From contig JAZLGS010000025.1 of NCBI GenBank assembly GCA_045616425.1, forward strand, positions 6,712 to 70,711: DNA of 64,000 bases. The letters run 5' to 3'. The DNA is from Treponema sp. Its GTDB lineage: Bacteria; Spirochaetota; Spirochaetia; Treponematales; Treponemataceae. Below the pieces are notes generated by a model, which was not told where the DNA came from, made no database searches, and saw only the letters and a list, made by a program, of their open reading frames with translations. Position 1 is the first letter of the stretch. Each line of letters opens with the position of its first letter. Of the stretch, positions 10,417 to 21,262 are shown piece by piece. The position numbers and the translations under genes were made by a program.

Positions 10417-11810
10417 CAGCCTACCACCTTTGTAACCATCATGGTAATATCATCATGCAGTTTATTTTCACCCTTATATTCAAAAATAAGGTTTACGATA
10501 TCATCAACAAATTCCTGCGGCTGTTTAGCAGCACTACGCTTGATTGTCTGGGTATACAGTTCCGTATCCCCAAGTTCCACACCGTCTTCATTCATTACCT
10601 CAGAAACACCGTCAGATGCAAAAAGGATAAGGTCATCGCGGAAAAGACGCTGTTCATCAACATGGATGTCATCAATATCAATGATTCCGACAACACCACA
10701 GTTGGATGTCAGAGGCTTGATTGTATAACCGTCAGGCGCGCGGGTAACAATAAGGGGATCAGACATGGAAGCATTTACATATTTAATAGTCATCTTCTGG
10801 GTATCAACGATACTGATGAAGAGAACCGTATATTTATCCTGCAGCTTCATCCCTTTAATGGCATTATCAATTGCATGTACGATACCGATAAGATTTTCCT
10901 TATCTTCAATGATTTTTACGGTATTCATAACCAGACCCATGATAAGGGCAGCCGGAAGTCCTTTACCGGAAACATCACCAAGCATAAGCAGGGTTTTGTG
11001 CCTGTCAATCGGAATTACTGTGTAATAGTCACCGGAAACATTTACAAGAGGTCTGAAATATGCAGCAACTTTAAGGTGAGGAATTTCAGGCATATTCTGA
11101 GGAAGGAAAAGGCGCTGTGTTTCTGCCAGCTGTTCCCATTCTTTAGAAAGGTTTGCAATTTCGGAAAGTCCTGCAATCGTTTCCGCACGCTTCCTGAAAC
11201 GTCCGTATTCTTCAAAAAGAGTCTTATAAATACCGGTATCAAAAAGGCGTGTATAACGGCAGAAGACAAACAAATGGAATTTGTTTGAACACAGGAAGAA
11301 GCCGCGGGCATTACGGTAGCTGGAAACAACACCATACGCATCACTCAAATAATAAATTCCATCTGCCCACTGTTCCGTAAAGTTCATCTGGATTGTACGG
11401 ATAGTTTCCTTTGAAGAAGTGACCAGAGACGGAGAACTGTAAAGGATGTATTTTTTTTCACTATCAATAAAAAGAACAGAACAGTCGGCCTTAAGTTCAA
11501 GGACATTCCTGATAAGTTCATAAAAATCGTCAAGGGAATAACAGAAACGGAGTTTTTCAATAAATTCATGAAGGTAGACATTCTCAGTCATCTTCATGGT
11601 GACAAATTCCATATTCCTGTTTACCAGCTTGGAAAAAGAAGAGCTCATAATCAGGCACAGAAGCAGCAGGATGAATTCAAGGATTACAAAATAAACAGGC
11701 ACAATGCCGATTGTAACCTTTGGAAGAATGAAATATGAAATAATCATAAACAAGAATGCTGCAACAATATCTGAAACTATCAGAACATTCCTTTTTTTGT
11801 TCTTAAGCAT
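10416..11810 (-). CDS. SpoIIE/PP2C-family Ser phosphatase with 2 N-terminal TM helices
   Basis: VSGDYY, LGDVSGKG, ASDGV, HDDIT. Start placed at ATG 11810 (AGGGG RBS) rather than the ORF-track 11945. Confidence 0.9.
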   Translation of the reverse strand: MLKNKKRNVLIVSDIVAAFLFMIISYFILPKVTIGIVPVYFVILEFILLLLCLIMSSSFSKLVNRNMEFVTMKMTENVYLHEFIEKLRFCYSLDDFYELIRNVLELKADCSVLFIDSEKKYILYSSPSLVTSSKETIRTIQMNFTEQWADGIYYLSDAYGVVSSYRNARGFFLCSNKFHLFVFCRYTRLFDTGIYKTLFEEYGRFRKRAETIAGLSEIANLSKEWEQLAETQRLFLPQNMPEIPHLKVAAYFRPLVNVSGDYYTVIPIDRHKTLLMLGDVSGKGLPAALIMGLVMNTVKIIEDKENLIGIVHAIDNAIKGMKLQDKYTVLFISIVDTQKMTIKYVNASMSDPLIVTRAPDGYTIKPLTSNCGVVGIIDIDDIHVDEQRLFRDDLILFASDGVSEVMNEDGVELGDTELYTQTIKRSAAKQPQEFVDDIVNLIFEYKGENKLHDDITMMVTKVVG

Positions 11811-12096
11811 ATATACCCCTGAAAAATGATTCGATAGTATTATACTACATATATCGGCAGATTTGGGTAAAAAAAACACACTTTCTTGAAGATATGGAGA
11901 TTTTTTAGAAAAAGGGCAAAGGAATCCGGAACTGTTGCTATGCAAAAATTAACTGAAATGAAAAAACAGGTGAAACATGACAAAACAGGAGTTTAAAATA
12001 TCTCCTGAAGCCGGCCATGAAATCTGGTTTCCGGAGATATGTCCATCAAAAAAAACCCCGCAGCAAAACTGCCGCAGAGGTTTTTATGAAAAGAAA

Positions 12097-13224
12097 TTAC
12101 AGCTTTGAAAGAGGAATCATCTGAGGTTCCTTGGTTGCATTTTCAGCTTCCGCAAATGCTTCCAGCAGCTTTTTCTGCTGGGAATTAAGTTTTGAAGGAA
12201 TCTGTACCATAAGCTTGATGTAAAGGTCACCTTTCCTTGTACTACCGGAACACTGTACGCCCTCCCCTTTTATGCGGAGGAGTTTTCCATTTTCACTTCC
12301 AGCAGGAATTGAAACCTGGATTTTTGAATCATCCAAAGCTTTGATGGAAATAACAGCACCAAGGGCCGCCTGCGTCATTGAAATAGGAACTACACAGTAA
12401 AGATCCTGTCCATCCCTTTCAAAATACTGGTGGTCTGCCACATGCACCACAATGACCAGATCGCCATTACGTCCACCGTTACGGCCTGCATCACCCTGAT
12501 TCGGGATTACAATGCGGCGGCCATCTTCAACACCAGCTGGAATATTGATTGTAACACGCTTAGATTCCTGTTCATAACCAGAACCACGGCATGCCTTACA
12601 AGGATTATCAATTACCTTTCCGGAACCTGAGCATTCAGGACATGTCTGCTGAACTGCAAAGAAACCTGCACTACGTCTTACCTGTCCCATACCGTTACAT
12701 GTACGGCATGTCTTACGGCTTGCCCCAGGAGCACATCCAGTACCGCCACATGAAGAACATGCTGCATTGTGCGTGAACCTGACTTCCTGCTTAGTTCCGT
12801 AAACAGCATCCTTAAATGAAATTTCAAGATCATACCTTAGGGAAGCACCATCGCCTGATTCAGAACGTGATCGGGATGAACGGCCGCCACCGAACATTCC
12901 TTCAAAAATATCACTGAAACCGCCGCCCATGCCGCCAAAAAGATCTGCAAAATCATTAAACGCATGAGAATACTGGGCACCGCCACCGCCACCCATACCA
13001 TCTAAACCGGCAAATCCATACTGGTCATAAATTGAACGCTTTTTTTCATCAGAAAGAACTTCGTAAGCTTCAGTTGCTTCCTTAAATTTTTCTTCTGCTT
13101 CCTTATCACCAGGATTTCGGTCAGGATGATATTTTACAGCCAGTTTTCTGTAGCCTTTCTTTATATCATCTGTAGAGGCGCCTTTTTCAACACCAAGCAC
13201 TTCATAATAATCACGTTTTGCCAT
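12097..13224 (-). CDS. dnaJ: Chaperone DnaJ
   Basis: J domain HPD, G/F-rich region, four CxxCxGxG repeats. Confidence 0.99.
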   Translation of the reverse strand: MAKRDYYEVLGVEKGASTDDIKKGYRKLAVKYHPDRNPGDKEAEEKFKEATEAYEVLSDEKKRSIYDQYGFAGLDGMGGGGGAQYSHAFNDFADLFGGMGGGFSDIFEGMFGGGRSSRSRSESGDGASLRYDLEISFKDAVYGTKQEVRFTHNAACSSCGGTGCAPGASRKTCRTCNGMGQVRRSAGFFAVQQTCPECSGSGKVIDNPCKACRGSGYEQESKRVTINIPAGVEDGRRIVIPNQGDAGRNGGRNGDLVIVVHVADHQYFERDGQDLYCVVPISMTQAALGAVISIKALDDSKIQVSIPAGSENGKLLRIKGEGVQCSGSTRKGDLYIKLMVQIPSKLNSQQKKLLEAFAEAENATKEPQMIPLSKL

Positions 13225-13310
13225 AATTCCAGAACCTTATATTCATAAATGAAGTTACCCCGGTGAAATTTCCGGGGTAGTTCTTCAAGTACATTAAGAA
13301 ACATTACCAA

Positions 13311-13398
13311 GGACATCTCTAAAAAAACTTTTTAAAGATGCCTGCTGCTTTCATCCTTAAAATTATAAGGACTAAACACAGCATTTTCAAAGTTACCT
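13311..13398. repeat. Intergenic repeat family B
   Basis: GGACATCTCTAAAAA...AAAGATGCC...TTCATCCTTAAAATTATAAGG...GCATTTTCAAAGTTACCT; aligns with 17971, 31507 and 44282. Confidence 0.75.
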
Positions 13399-13401
13399 TA
13401 A

Positions 13402-15354
13402 TTATTTGTCGTCATGAACTTCATAATCAACATCTTCTGCAGATCCCTTGTCGAATCCAGAAGTTTTTCCTGCCCCGGCAGAAGCACCAGCACCAGCATC
13501 TGCTCCAGGCTGTGCACCTGCACCACCATTCTGAGCTGCCTGCTGCTTATACATTTCTTCAGCCATCTTATAAGAAGCCTGCTTCAATTCTTCTGTCTTA
13601 GCCTTAATGTCTGCTGTATTGTCAGATTCAAGTGCCTTCTTGAGGGCTGCAACTGCATCTTCAATCTTCTGCTTGTCTGCACCGGAAATCTTGTCACCAA
13701 CATCTTTAAGTGTCTTTTCAGTCTGGTAAACAAGAGTATCACCTTCGTTTTTGGCATCTACAGCTTCACGCTTTTCTTTATCAGCAGCTGCATTAGCTTC
13801 TGCATCCTTAACCATCTTGTTGATTTCTTCTTCGCTCAATCCTGAAGAAGAAGTAATCTGGATGTGCTGTTCCTTTCCAGTTCCAAGATCCTTGGCAGAA
13901 ACATGAACGATACCGTTAGCATCGATGTCAAATGTAACTTCAATCTGTGGAACTCCACGAGGAGCTGCTGGAATATCTGTAAGGTCAAAGTTTCCAAGTG
14001 TACGGTTCTGGGCTGCCATTTCACGTTCACCCTGAAGTACGTGGATTGAAACTGCTGTCTGTCCATCCGCTGCTGTAGAGAAAATCTGACTCTTCTTTGT
14101 AGGAATAGTTGTATTGCGGGCGATGAGCTTTGTCATAACGCCGCCCATTGTTTCAATACCAAGAGAAAGCGGAGTTACATCAAGAAGGATGATGTCCTGC
14201 TTGACATCCTTGTTAAGGATACCGCCCTGGATTGATGCACCTACTGCAACTGCTTCATCAGGGTTAACTGCACGGCTTCCTTCCTTACCAAAGAGAGCCT
14301 TTACGACTTCCTGAACTTTCGGCATACGTGAAGAACCACCAACAAGAAGAACTTCGTCAATCTTGTCTGTAGTAAGCTTTGCATCAGCGAGAGCCTTCCT
14401 GCAAGGTTCCTTTGTCCTTTCAAAAAGTTCATCTGTCATCTGTTCAAACTGTGCACGTGTCAGGCTCTTCTGAAGGTGCTTTGGTCCAGTTGCATCAGCT
14501 GTAATGAACGGAAGGTTGATGTCTGTAGAAGTCTGGTTTGAAAGACTGATTTTTGCATTTTCAGCTGCTTCACGGAGACGCTGCATAGCCATAGGATCTG
14601 CAGAAAGGTCAATTCCTGTATCTTTCTTGAATTCTGCAATGAGCCAGTTGGAAATAACGCGGTCCCAGTCATCACCACCAAGATGTGTATCACCATTTGT
14701 AGAAAGAACTTCAAACACACCGTCTGCCAGCTGGAGGATGGAAATATCGAATGTACCACCACCAAGGTCATAAACGGCAATTGTCTTTTCCTTTGACTGA
14801 TCCTGCTTGAAACCGAATGCAAGGGCTGCAGCAGTAGGTTCATTGATGATGCGCTTTACATCGAGACCGGCAATCTTACCTGCATCTTTTGTTGCCTGAC
14901 GCTGTGCATCATTAAAATATGCTGGAACTGTAATAACAGCTTCTGTAACTTCTTCGCCAAGATAATCTTCAGCAGTCTTCTTCATCTTCTGGAGGATGAA
15001 AGCAGAAATTTCCTGTGGAGAATACTGCTTTCTTGAACCTGCTTCATCTACTTCCACACGGCAGTCTGAACCGTTATCAATAACTGTATATGGGAGCTTT
15101 GTTGCTTCACCCTGAAGTTCTGCAAAACGGTGGCCGATAAGACGCTTTACGGAATATACAGTGTTCTTCGGATTTGTAACCATCTGGTTCTTTGCAGGAG
15201 CACCGACAACACGGTCTCCCTTAGTTGTAAAACCTACAATAGAAGGAGTTGTACGTCCACCTTCTGAGTTCTGGATTACAACCGGTTCTCCATTTTCCAT
15301 TACTGCAACACAAGAGTTTGTTGTACCAAGGTCAATACCAATAATCTTTCCCAT
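13402..15354 (-). CDS. dnaK: Chaperone DnaK
   Basis: [39 protein letters not shown]. Confidence 0.99.
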   Translation of the reverse strand: MGKIIGIDLGTTNSCVAVMENGEPVVIQNSEGGRTTPSIVGFTTKGDRVVGAPAKNQMVTNPKNTVYSVKRLIGHRFAELQGEATKLPYTVIDNGSDCRVEVDEAGSRKQYSPQEISAFILQKMKKTAEDYLGEEVTEAVITVPAYFNDAQRQATKDAGKIAGLDVKRIINEPTAAALAFGFKQDQSKEKTIAVYDLGGGTFDISILQLADGVFEVLSTNGDTHLGGDDWDRVISNWLIAEFKKDTGIDLSADPMAMQRLREAAENAKISLSNQTSTDINLPFITADATGPKHLQKSLTRAQFEQMTDELFERTKEPCRKALADAKLTTDKIDEVLLVGGSSRMPKVQEVVKALFGKEGSRAVNPDEAVAVGASIQGGILNKDVKQDIILLDVTPLSLGIETMGGVMTKLIARNTTIPTKKSQIFSTAADGQTAVSIHVLQGEREMAAQNRTLGNFDLTDIPAAPRGVPQIEVTFDIDANGIVHVSAKDLGTGKEQHIQITSSSGLSEEEINKMVKDAEANAAADKEKREAVDAKNEGDTLVYQTEKTLKDVGDKISGADKQKIEDAVAALKKALESDNTADIKAKTEELKQASYKMAEEMYKQQAAQNGGAGAQPGADAGAGASAGAGKTSGFDKGSAEDVDYEVHDDK

Positions 15355-15411
15355 TTTCTTTTACTCCTATGAATCGAAAACTTGCGTTTCCTACTTTATC
15401 CATTATTTATT

Positions 15412-16053
15412 TTATTCAGATTCCACTGCGGAACCAGCATTTTCTTCCGTTACAGAAGTTTCAGCATTAACAGAACCATCAGGCATTGTAACCATTACTT
15501 TTGCATTTCTGATTACCCTGTCTTTAAGTTTATAACCTTTCAGGTACACTTCCTTTAATGTAGGAACTGCAACAGGACCTGGACAGCTTCCGATTGCCTC
15601 ATGTTCATCAGGATTGAACTCATCTCCGGCATTACCATAGCTGGTAAGGTTGTACTTTGACTCAAGCATGGAAACAAGGCTTTTATTTATCATCTTGACA
15701 CCATCTGCAATTGATTTTGCATCACCAGCAGTTTCAGCTGCTGCAACAGTGCGGTCAAAATTATCAAGACTGTCAAGGAGATCCTTTAAGAGATTTGTAT
15801 TTGCATAATCAAAAGCTTCCTGTTTTTCCTTAATCATGCGCTTACGGTAATTATCAAAATCTGCAATACGGCGGAGAAGCTGGTCCTTCAGCTCCGCATT
15901 TTCCTTTGTAAGGGCTTCAATCTTTTCTGCATCGGTAATTTCAGGCTGTGCATCTTCTGCAGCAGCTCCAGCAGTCTGATCTGTTACATCACTCTGATTT
16001 TCAGGCTGTACAACTGTTTCTGATTCAGCCTGCATTGTCTGTTCATCACTCAT
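15412..16053 (-). CDS. grpE: Nucleotide exchange factor GrpE
   Basis: ADFDNYRKR, FNPDEHEA, KGYKLKDRVIR. Confidence 0.97.
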   Translation of the reverse strand: MSDEQTMQAESETVVQPENQSDVTDQTAGAAAEDAQPEITDAEKIEALTKENAELKDQLLRRIADFDNYRKRMIKEKQEAFDYANTNLLKDLLDSLDNFDRTVAAAETAGDAKSIADGVKMINKSLVSMLESKYNLTSYGNAGDEFNPDEHEAIGSCPGPVAVPTLKEVYLKGYKLKDRVIRNAKVMVTMPDGSVNAETSVTEENAGSAVESE

Positions 16054-16153
16054 TAAAACAATCCTTTATCTATTTATTATTAAAATAATAAAATACTGGG
16101 AAAATCGTCAATATTTTTATAAAAAATCAATAAAAAAGTTCAGGAACTCCTGT

Positions 16154-16188
16154 AAAAAAAAGAACCGTTTTTTCATGACGGTTCTTTT
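16154..16188 (-). terminator. Intrinsic (possibly bidirectional) terminator after purN
   Basis: AAAAGAACCGT/ACGGTTCTTTT inverted repeat with A/T tails. Confidence 0.7.
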
Positions 16189-16212
16189 CAAGAATAGCTG
16201 TCAAATCCAGGG

Positions 16213-16833
16213 CTACAGACATTCTGCCATCATGCAGACACCTTCAATGATTGCCTCTTTTTCTTTTGGTGCAATCCTTGCATAAAGAGTTTCCACAGTA
16301 TCACCAGGCATAACTGGAACTTTTTTCTGCACAAGGATACGGCCGGTGTCACAACCGGAATCTGCGATATGCACGGTACATCCGCTTTCTTTTTCTCCAG
16401 CTGCAAGTACGGCCTTATGGACATTTTCTCCCCACATACCTTCACCACCGAATTTCGGAAGCAGTGCAGGATGGAGGTTGATGATCCTGTTTTCATAATC
16501 CTTACAAATCTGTCCACCAAGAACCACAAGACAGCCGGCAAGGACAATAAGGTCAATGTTGAACTTGCGGCAGTTTTCAAGGATGCGGTCAGAAACTGCA
16601 AACCTTTTTTCATCACGGCTTGCCGTTTTTGCTTTTTCCGCACCAAGAACTGCATATGGACCTACAAGTTCCACCGGAATTCCGGCTTTCTTTGCACGTT
16701 CAACAGCATATGCATCTTTTCTTGTACTCATGACACAGGAAATATGATAAGGACAGTCTTTTCCTGCCGCTTCATGATCAATCAAAGCCTGGAGATTAGT
16801 ACCGCCACCTGAAACTAATACCGCAATATTCAT
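16213..16833 (-). CDS. purN: Phosphoribosylglycinamide formyltransferase
   Basis: VSGGGTNLQA, INLHPALLP, ESGCTVH. Start placed at ATG 16833, just after the purM stop. Confidence 0.96.
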   Translation of the reverse strand: MNIAVLVSGGGTNLQALIDHEAAGKDCPYHISCVMSTRKDAYAVERAKKAGIPVELVGPYAVLGAEKAKTASRDEKRFAVSDRILENCRKFNIDLIVLAGCLVVLGGQICKDYENRIINLHPALLPKFGGEGMWGENVHKAVLAAGEKESGCTVHIADSGCDTGRILVQKKVPVMPGDTVETLYARIAPKEKEAIIEGVCMMAECL

Positions 16834-16834
16834 C

Positions 16835-17935
16835 TTAGTCCTCAAACAATACAGAATCTTTCTGTCCGGTTACTCCGCCTTCTGCTTTTGCAACGCGGCC
16901 AATCCGGTAAGCCTTCATATCAGGAATTCCAGGTTTAGAATACTTAGAGGCATTATTATTGAACATTTCAATGATTGCAGGAGCATCAGAAGCTTTTACT
17001 GCAAGTACGAAACCGATACCCATGTTGAATGTATTGTAAACCTTATCTACTTCTGCACCACGTTTAATCAATTCACCAAATACAGGAGGAATATCCCAGC
17101 TTCCGCGGTTGATTACGGAAATAAGCTGCTTCTTACCATCTGCGGCCTTTGGATACATACGTGGAATATTTTCATAGAATCCGCCACCTGTAACATGAAC
17201 CATGCCATGTACGGATTTACGGAATTTTGCAAGCACTTCCATTACCGGCTTTACATAAATGCGTGTAGGAGTAAGGAGGACTTCACCTATCGTCTTTCCT
17301 GTATCTTTTCCATCAACAACAAAAGGAGCATTGAAATCAGTCACAAGCCTGCGTACAAGTGAGAAACCGTTGGAATGTACACCAGTAGAAGAAAGGCCGA
17401 TGAGCACGTCGCCTTCCTTAATATTGGCACCATTAATCATTTCTGACTTTTCGCCCACACCTACACCGAAACCGGCCAGGTCATATTTTCCATCATCGTA
17501 GAAATCAGGCATTTCAGCTGTTTCGCCACCAAGAAGTGCACAGCCTGTTTCAACACAACCGTCTGCAACACCTTTTACCAGTTCAGCAGCAACATCAGCT
17601 TCCAGCTTTCCACAAGCTACATAATCAAGGAAGAACAACGGCTGGACACCAGAACAAAGGATGTCGTTCACACTCATTGCAACACAGTCAATTCCGACTG
17701 TGTCATATTTCTTCATCTTGAATGCAATATCAAGCTTTGTACCGACACCGTCAGTACCACTTACCATTACAGGATTCTTCAAACCTTTTGGAACAGAAAA
17801 CATTCCATTGAATGAACCTAGGTCTGTCAAAAGTCCCGGGATGGCTGTACGCTTTGCATGTTCCTTATATTTATTTACAGCGCGGTAACCTTCTTCAACA
17901 TCAACACCTGCTTCTTTGTAATTAACAGTTCCCAT
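16835..17935 (-). CDS. purM: AIR synthase
   Basis: YKEAGVDV, SGTDGVGTK, GGETAEMP, HSNGFSL, TFNMGIG. Confidence 0.98.
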   Translation of the reverse strand: MGTVNYKEAGVDVEEGYRAVNKYKEHAKRTAIPGLLTDLGSFNGMFSVPKGLKNPVMVSGTDGVGTKLDIAFKMKKYDTVGIDCVAMSVNDILCSGVQPLFFLDYVACGKLEADVAAELVKGVADGCVETGCALLGGETAEMPDFYDDGKYDLAGFGVGVGEKSEMINGANIKEGDVLIGLSSTGVHSNGFSLVRRLVTDFNAPFVVDGKDTGKTIGEVLLTPTRIYVKPVMEVLAKFRKSVHGMVHVTGGGFYENIPRMYPKAADGKKQLISVINRGSWDIPPVFGELIKRGAEVDKVYNTFNMGIGFVLAVKASDAPAIIEMFNNNASKYSKPGIPDMKAYRIGRVAKAEGGVTGQKDSVLFED

Positions 17936-17970
17936 GATTCCTCCAAAAAATCTTTTTTTTATAATTTCAA

Positions 17971-18086
17971 GTCATCTCTGAAAATACCATTCCGAAATGA
18001 CCGCGGTTTTCATCCTTGAAACTACAAGGCCAAAAACACCGCATTTTCAAAGTTGCCTCTAAAAACCGCAGTTTCCAGAGGGTTTC
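17971..18086. repeat. Intergenic repeat family B (full-length, about 115 bp)
   Basis: Collinear with 44282-44397 and 13311-13398. Confidence 0.75.
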
Positions 18087-18106
18087 TTCACATTTTATGC
18101 AGAAAA

Positions 18107-19573
18107 CTAATCTGCATGTTTTCCATTAATCTCACCAGGTACGGAAATAGGATATTCACCCGTAAAGCAGCCTTTACAATAACCGTATTGGTCAGGATTA
18201 CATTCCCGGAGTGCTTCAAGCATTCCTTCTGCAGAAATAAATGCCAGCGTATCAGCACCTATTTCCTTACAGATTTCGTCTACGTCATGGGCACTGGATA
18301 TCAGTTCAGCACGGCTTGGCGTATCGATTCCAAAATAACATGGATATTTTACAGGCGGGCTTGAAACCCTGAAATGAACTTCTTTTGCTCCTGCCCTGCG
18401 GATTATCTGGATAAGACGGCGGCTGGTAGTACCACGGACAATGGAATCGTCAATTACGACTACCCTCTTTCCATCCAGTTCAGATTTCAAGGCATTAAGC
18501 TTTACAAAAACCATGTTTTCACGCTCTTTCTGAGAAGGAGCAATGAAAGTACGGCCGATATATTTATTCTTTACGATTCCCATTGCATAAGGAATTCCGC
18601 TTTCACGGGAATAGCCGATGGCAGCACCGATTCCACTGTCAGGTACGCCGATTACCACATCAGCAGGAACGGAACTTTCCCTTGCCAGCACGGCACCCAT
18701 TTTAAGGCGTGCAGTCTGTACCGGGATTTCATCAATGATTGAATCCGGCCGGGCAAAATAAATGTATTCAAAAATACACGAACGTTTGCTGGTCTTTTCA
18801 CCGAATTCAAACGAAAGCACGCCGTCATCATTTATGATTACGATTTCACCAGGATGAATGTCACGGACAAAAGTTCCGTTTACGGCATCAATGGCACAGC
18901 TTTCACTGGCAAGCACCCAGCCGTCATCAAGCTTTCCAAGACACAGCGGACGGATTCCGTTAGGGTCACGGGCACCGATAAGGCCTTTTTCCGTAAGGAC
19001 GCACAGTGCAAATGAACCTTTTATCATCTGGATTGTATCTGTAAGTGCCCGTTCAAGGCCCTTTTTATAACTTTTTGCAATAAGCTTTACGATAACTTCA
19101 GTATCACTTGAGGAAGAAAAAGTCGAACCTGTCTCCTCAAGCATTTCACGGAGCTGTTCATAATTTATGAGCTGTCCGTTATGGGCAACGGCAACAGTAC
19201 CAAGCTTCATCTGAGAAACCATAGGCTGGGCGTTTTCAACGGATTTTCCACCGGCAGTTGCATAACGGACATGTCCCACAGCAGAATAACCGGAAAGAGA
19301 CTCAAGATCGGATGGTTTGAATACATCGGAAACGAGTCCCATCTGTTTCTTTACATTTATTTCGTTTCCATCCCATACTGCAATACCGGCACTTTCCTGT
19401 CCGCGGTGCTGGAGGGAATAAAGACCGAAATATGTAAGGGATGCAGCGGACATGCCATCTGGCATTGACCCGTCTTCATTGCGTTTGAGGTAAATTCCCA
19501 TTACGCCACATTCATCATGAAGTTTGTCATCAGATGCAAAATCTGACGGAAGCAGTGAATCACCGGAAATCAC
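18107..19573 (-). CDS. purF: Amidophosphoribosyltransferase
   Basis: DECG N-terminal nucleophile after a propeptide, LQHRGQ, DDSIVRGTT, Fe-S cysteines. Confidence 0.98.
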   Translation of the reverse strand: MISGDSLLPSDFASDDKLHDECGVMGIYLKRNEDGSMPDGMSAASLTYFGLYSLQHRGQESAGIAVWDGNEINVKKQMGLVSDVFKPSDLESLSGYSAVGHVRYATAGGKSVENAQPMVSQMKLGTVAVAHNGQLINYEQLREMLEETGSTFSSSSDTEVIVKLIAKSYKKGLERALTDTIQMIKGSFALCVLTEKGLIGARDPNGIRPLCLGKLDDGWVLASESCAIDAVNGTFVRDIHPGEIVIINDDGVLSFEFGEKTSKRSCIFEYIYFARPDSIIDEIPVQTARLKMGAVLARESSVPADVVIGVPDSGIGAAIGYSRESGIPYAMGIVKNKYIGRTFIAPSQKERENMVFVKLNALKSELDGKRVVVIDDSIVRGTTSRRLIQIIRRAGAKEVHFRVSSPPVKYPCYFGIDTPSRAELISSAHDVDEICKEIGADTLAFISAEGMLEALRECNPDQYGYCKGCFTGEYPISVPGEINGKHAD

Positions 19574-20067
19574 AATTCAACTCCTGTACCACCATTAGCC
19601 TCTGTATCAGAAGCAAGCTTATTCCTGAATGCCACAAGCTTCTGACGAAGTTCAGGATACTTTACAGCGAGAATCTGTACGGCAAGATAACCTGCATTCT
19701 TTGCATTTCCGATTCCGACTGTCGCAACCGGAATCTGAGGAGGCATCTGGACAATGGAAAGGAGTGAATCCATTCCGCCAAGACCATTAGAATTACCTGA
19801 AATACATTCAAGAGGAACACCGATTACAGGAATCGTTGTAATCCCGGCAATCACACCAGGCAGTGCAGCTGCAAGACCGGCTCCGGCAATAATCACTTCA
19901 TAGCCTTCCGATTCTATCTGTTTTACTGTCTTGTGGAGAAGTTCACCTGCACGGTGGGCAGAAATTATAAAAGCCTTGTAGTCAACACCGAATTCCTTAA
20001 GGACTTCAGCGGCTTTCTTCATCTTGTCTGTATCGGACTTTGAACCGAAAAAAATGGCAACCTTCAT
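19570..20067 (-). CDS. purE: AIR carboxylase / N5-CAIR mutase
   Basis: GSKSD, SAHR, AGLAAALPG, QMPPQIPVATV. Start placed at ATG 20067 (GGAGG RBS). Confidence 0.97.
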   Translation of the reverse strand: MKVAIFFGSKSDTDKMKKAAEVLKEFGVDYKAFIISAHRAGELLHKTVKQIESEGYEVIIAGAGLAAALPGVIAGITTIPVIGVPLECISGNSNGLGGMDSLLSIVQMPPQIPVATVGIGNAKNAGYLAVQILAVKYPELRQKLVAFRNKLASDTEANGGTGVEL

Positions 20068-20171
20068 TAAAAATGACCTCCGCTCAAAATACCGCAGCAG
20101 AAAAAAACAATTTTTACCGTTTTGCATTAACATGAAAGCAGTATGGTACAGGATTTTTCTGACGATTACAA

Positions 20172-20200
20172 ACTATAGCATAATTCAGGGCTTCAATCAA
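20172..20200 (-). promoter_or_regulatory. Sigma70-type promoter of the pur operon
   Basis: TTGATT-17bp-TATAGT with extended TG on the minus strand. Confidence 0.6.
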
Positions 20201-20357
20201 CACGGAGGAATCAAGAAGGAAAAGGCATGGAAGGGAAAAAAAGCAGTTTCCTGACGGCAAAAAAAAATCCCCTGCATTGATGTGGCAGGAAAGCCGCATT
20301 TACAGGGGACTGGCATTATTTTTTTCTTCCGGAAAAAACAGTTTCCAGAAGTGCTTT

Positions 20358-21197
20358 TTACATTTCGCCGCCTTCAACAACAAGACTGTCAGCATCTGCC
20401 TGTGGTCCGTATACAGGACGGAGGGTTGCTTCGTATGCCTTATGGAAGAAGTTTTCCTTTGCAAGAGCCCTGATTTCACTGTTGATGAAATCAAGGAGTT
20501 CTGCATTCCCCTTCTGTACTGCAGGTGCAATTGCATCAAGGCTTCCAAGGGATTCGATTCCCACTGCAAAGCCCGGATTTTCCAATGCCCATGCAAGGAC
20601 TTCAGTATTGTCAGTAGAAAGACCTGCGCCGCGTCCGTCAAGAAGTGCATTGTAGGCTTCGCTGTACTGGTCAAACTTAAGGAGTTTTACTTCCGGATAG
20701 TTGTTTGTAAAATAAGTTTCCGCTGTAGTTCCCTTACTTACGATAAGGTTCTTTCCATTCAGCTGTTCAGGAGCTGTAATGAGGTTCTTTTCAGAAGATA
20801 CGACACCAAGGGCAACCTTCATGTAAGGAAGCGCAAAATCAACTTTTTCTGCACGTTCAGGAGTGCGTGTAAAGTTTGCAAGTACAAGGTCAACCTTTCC
20901 TGTAACAAGGTATTCAACACGGTTTGCAGCTTCTACCGGAATGTATTTTGCCTTTACACCGAGATCCTTTGCAATACGGTTTCCAAAGTAAACATCATAT
21001 CCCTGATATTCACCGAATTCATCAACATAACCAAACGGTTTTTTGTCACTGAATACGGCAATAATGATTTCTCCGCTCTTTTTTATTTCTTCTACAGAAC
21101 GGGCACCTGTGTTATCCTTTGCACCAAGTGCTGATGCAGGAAGGGCGAATGCTGCAGCAACAACAAGGGCTGCAAGAGTCTTGAACAATTTTTTCAT
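20358..21197 (-). CDS. Amino-acid ABC transporter substrate-binding protein (cysteine-type, CjaA-like)
   Basis: Signal peptide; AVFSDKKPFGY, EAANRVEYL, ANFT, DFALPYMKVALGV. Confidence 0.9.
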   Translation of the reverse strand: MKKLFKTLAALVVAAAFALPASALGAKDNTGARSVEEIKKSGEIIIAVFSDKKPFGYVDEFGEYQGYDVYFGNRIAKDLGVKAKYIPVEAANRVEYLVTGKVDLVLANFTRTPERAEKVDFALPYMKVALGVVSSEKNLITAPEQLNGKNLIVSKGTTAETYFTNNYPEVKLLKFDQYSEAYNALLDGRGAGLSTDNTEVLAWALENPGFAVGIESLGSLDAIAPAVQKGNAELLDFINSEIRALAKENFFHKAYEATLRPVYGPQADADSLVVEGGEM

Positions 21198-21262
21198 GAT
21201 AACCTCCAGTTTTATTATTAATGAAAATGTTTTTCCTGATGAGATATATTTACTCTGAATTA

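Noticed and set aside
11811-11945. Long N-terminal extensions in the ORF track (also purE, lysA, thioesterase, permeases 22528 and 44413)
   Set aside because: Downstream ATGs have RBSs or stop/start overlaps, and the extensions run through promoter or repeat DNA
13440-13540. GCACCA-type microrepeats at the dnaK 3' end
   Set aside because: They encode the ordinary Gly/Ala-rich disordered DnaK tail
13414-13845. Antisense ORFs over dnaK and other highly expressed genes (e.g. 50489-50980, 10455-11288)
   Set aside because: Shadow ORFs caused by codon bias of the real gene; no recognisable motifs
16054-16150. CIRCE operator or hrcA upstream of grpE-dnaK-dnaJ
   Set aside because: No TTAGCACTC-N9-GAGTGCTAA and no hrcA gene found
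20068-20170. Purine or ZTP riboswitch ahead of purE (also purC)
   Set aside because: No recognisable aptamer consensus or terminator/antiterminator
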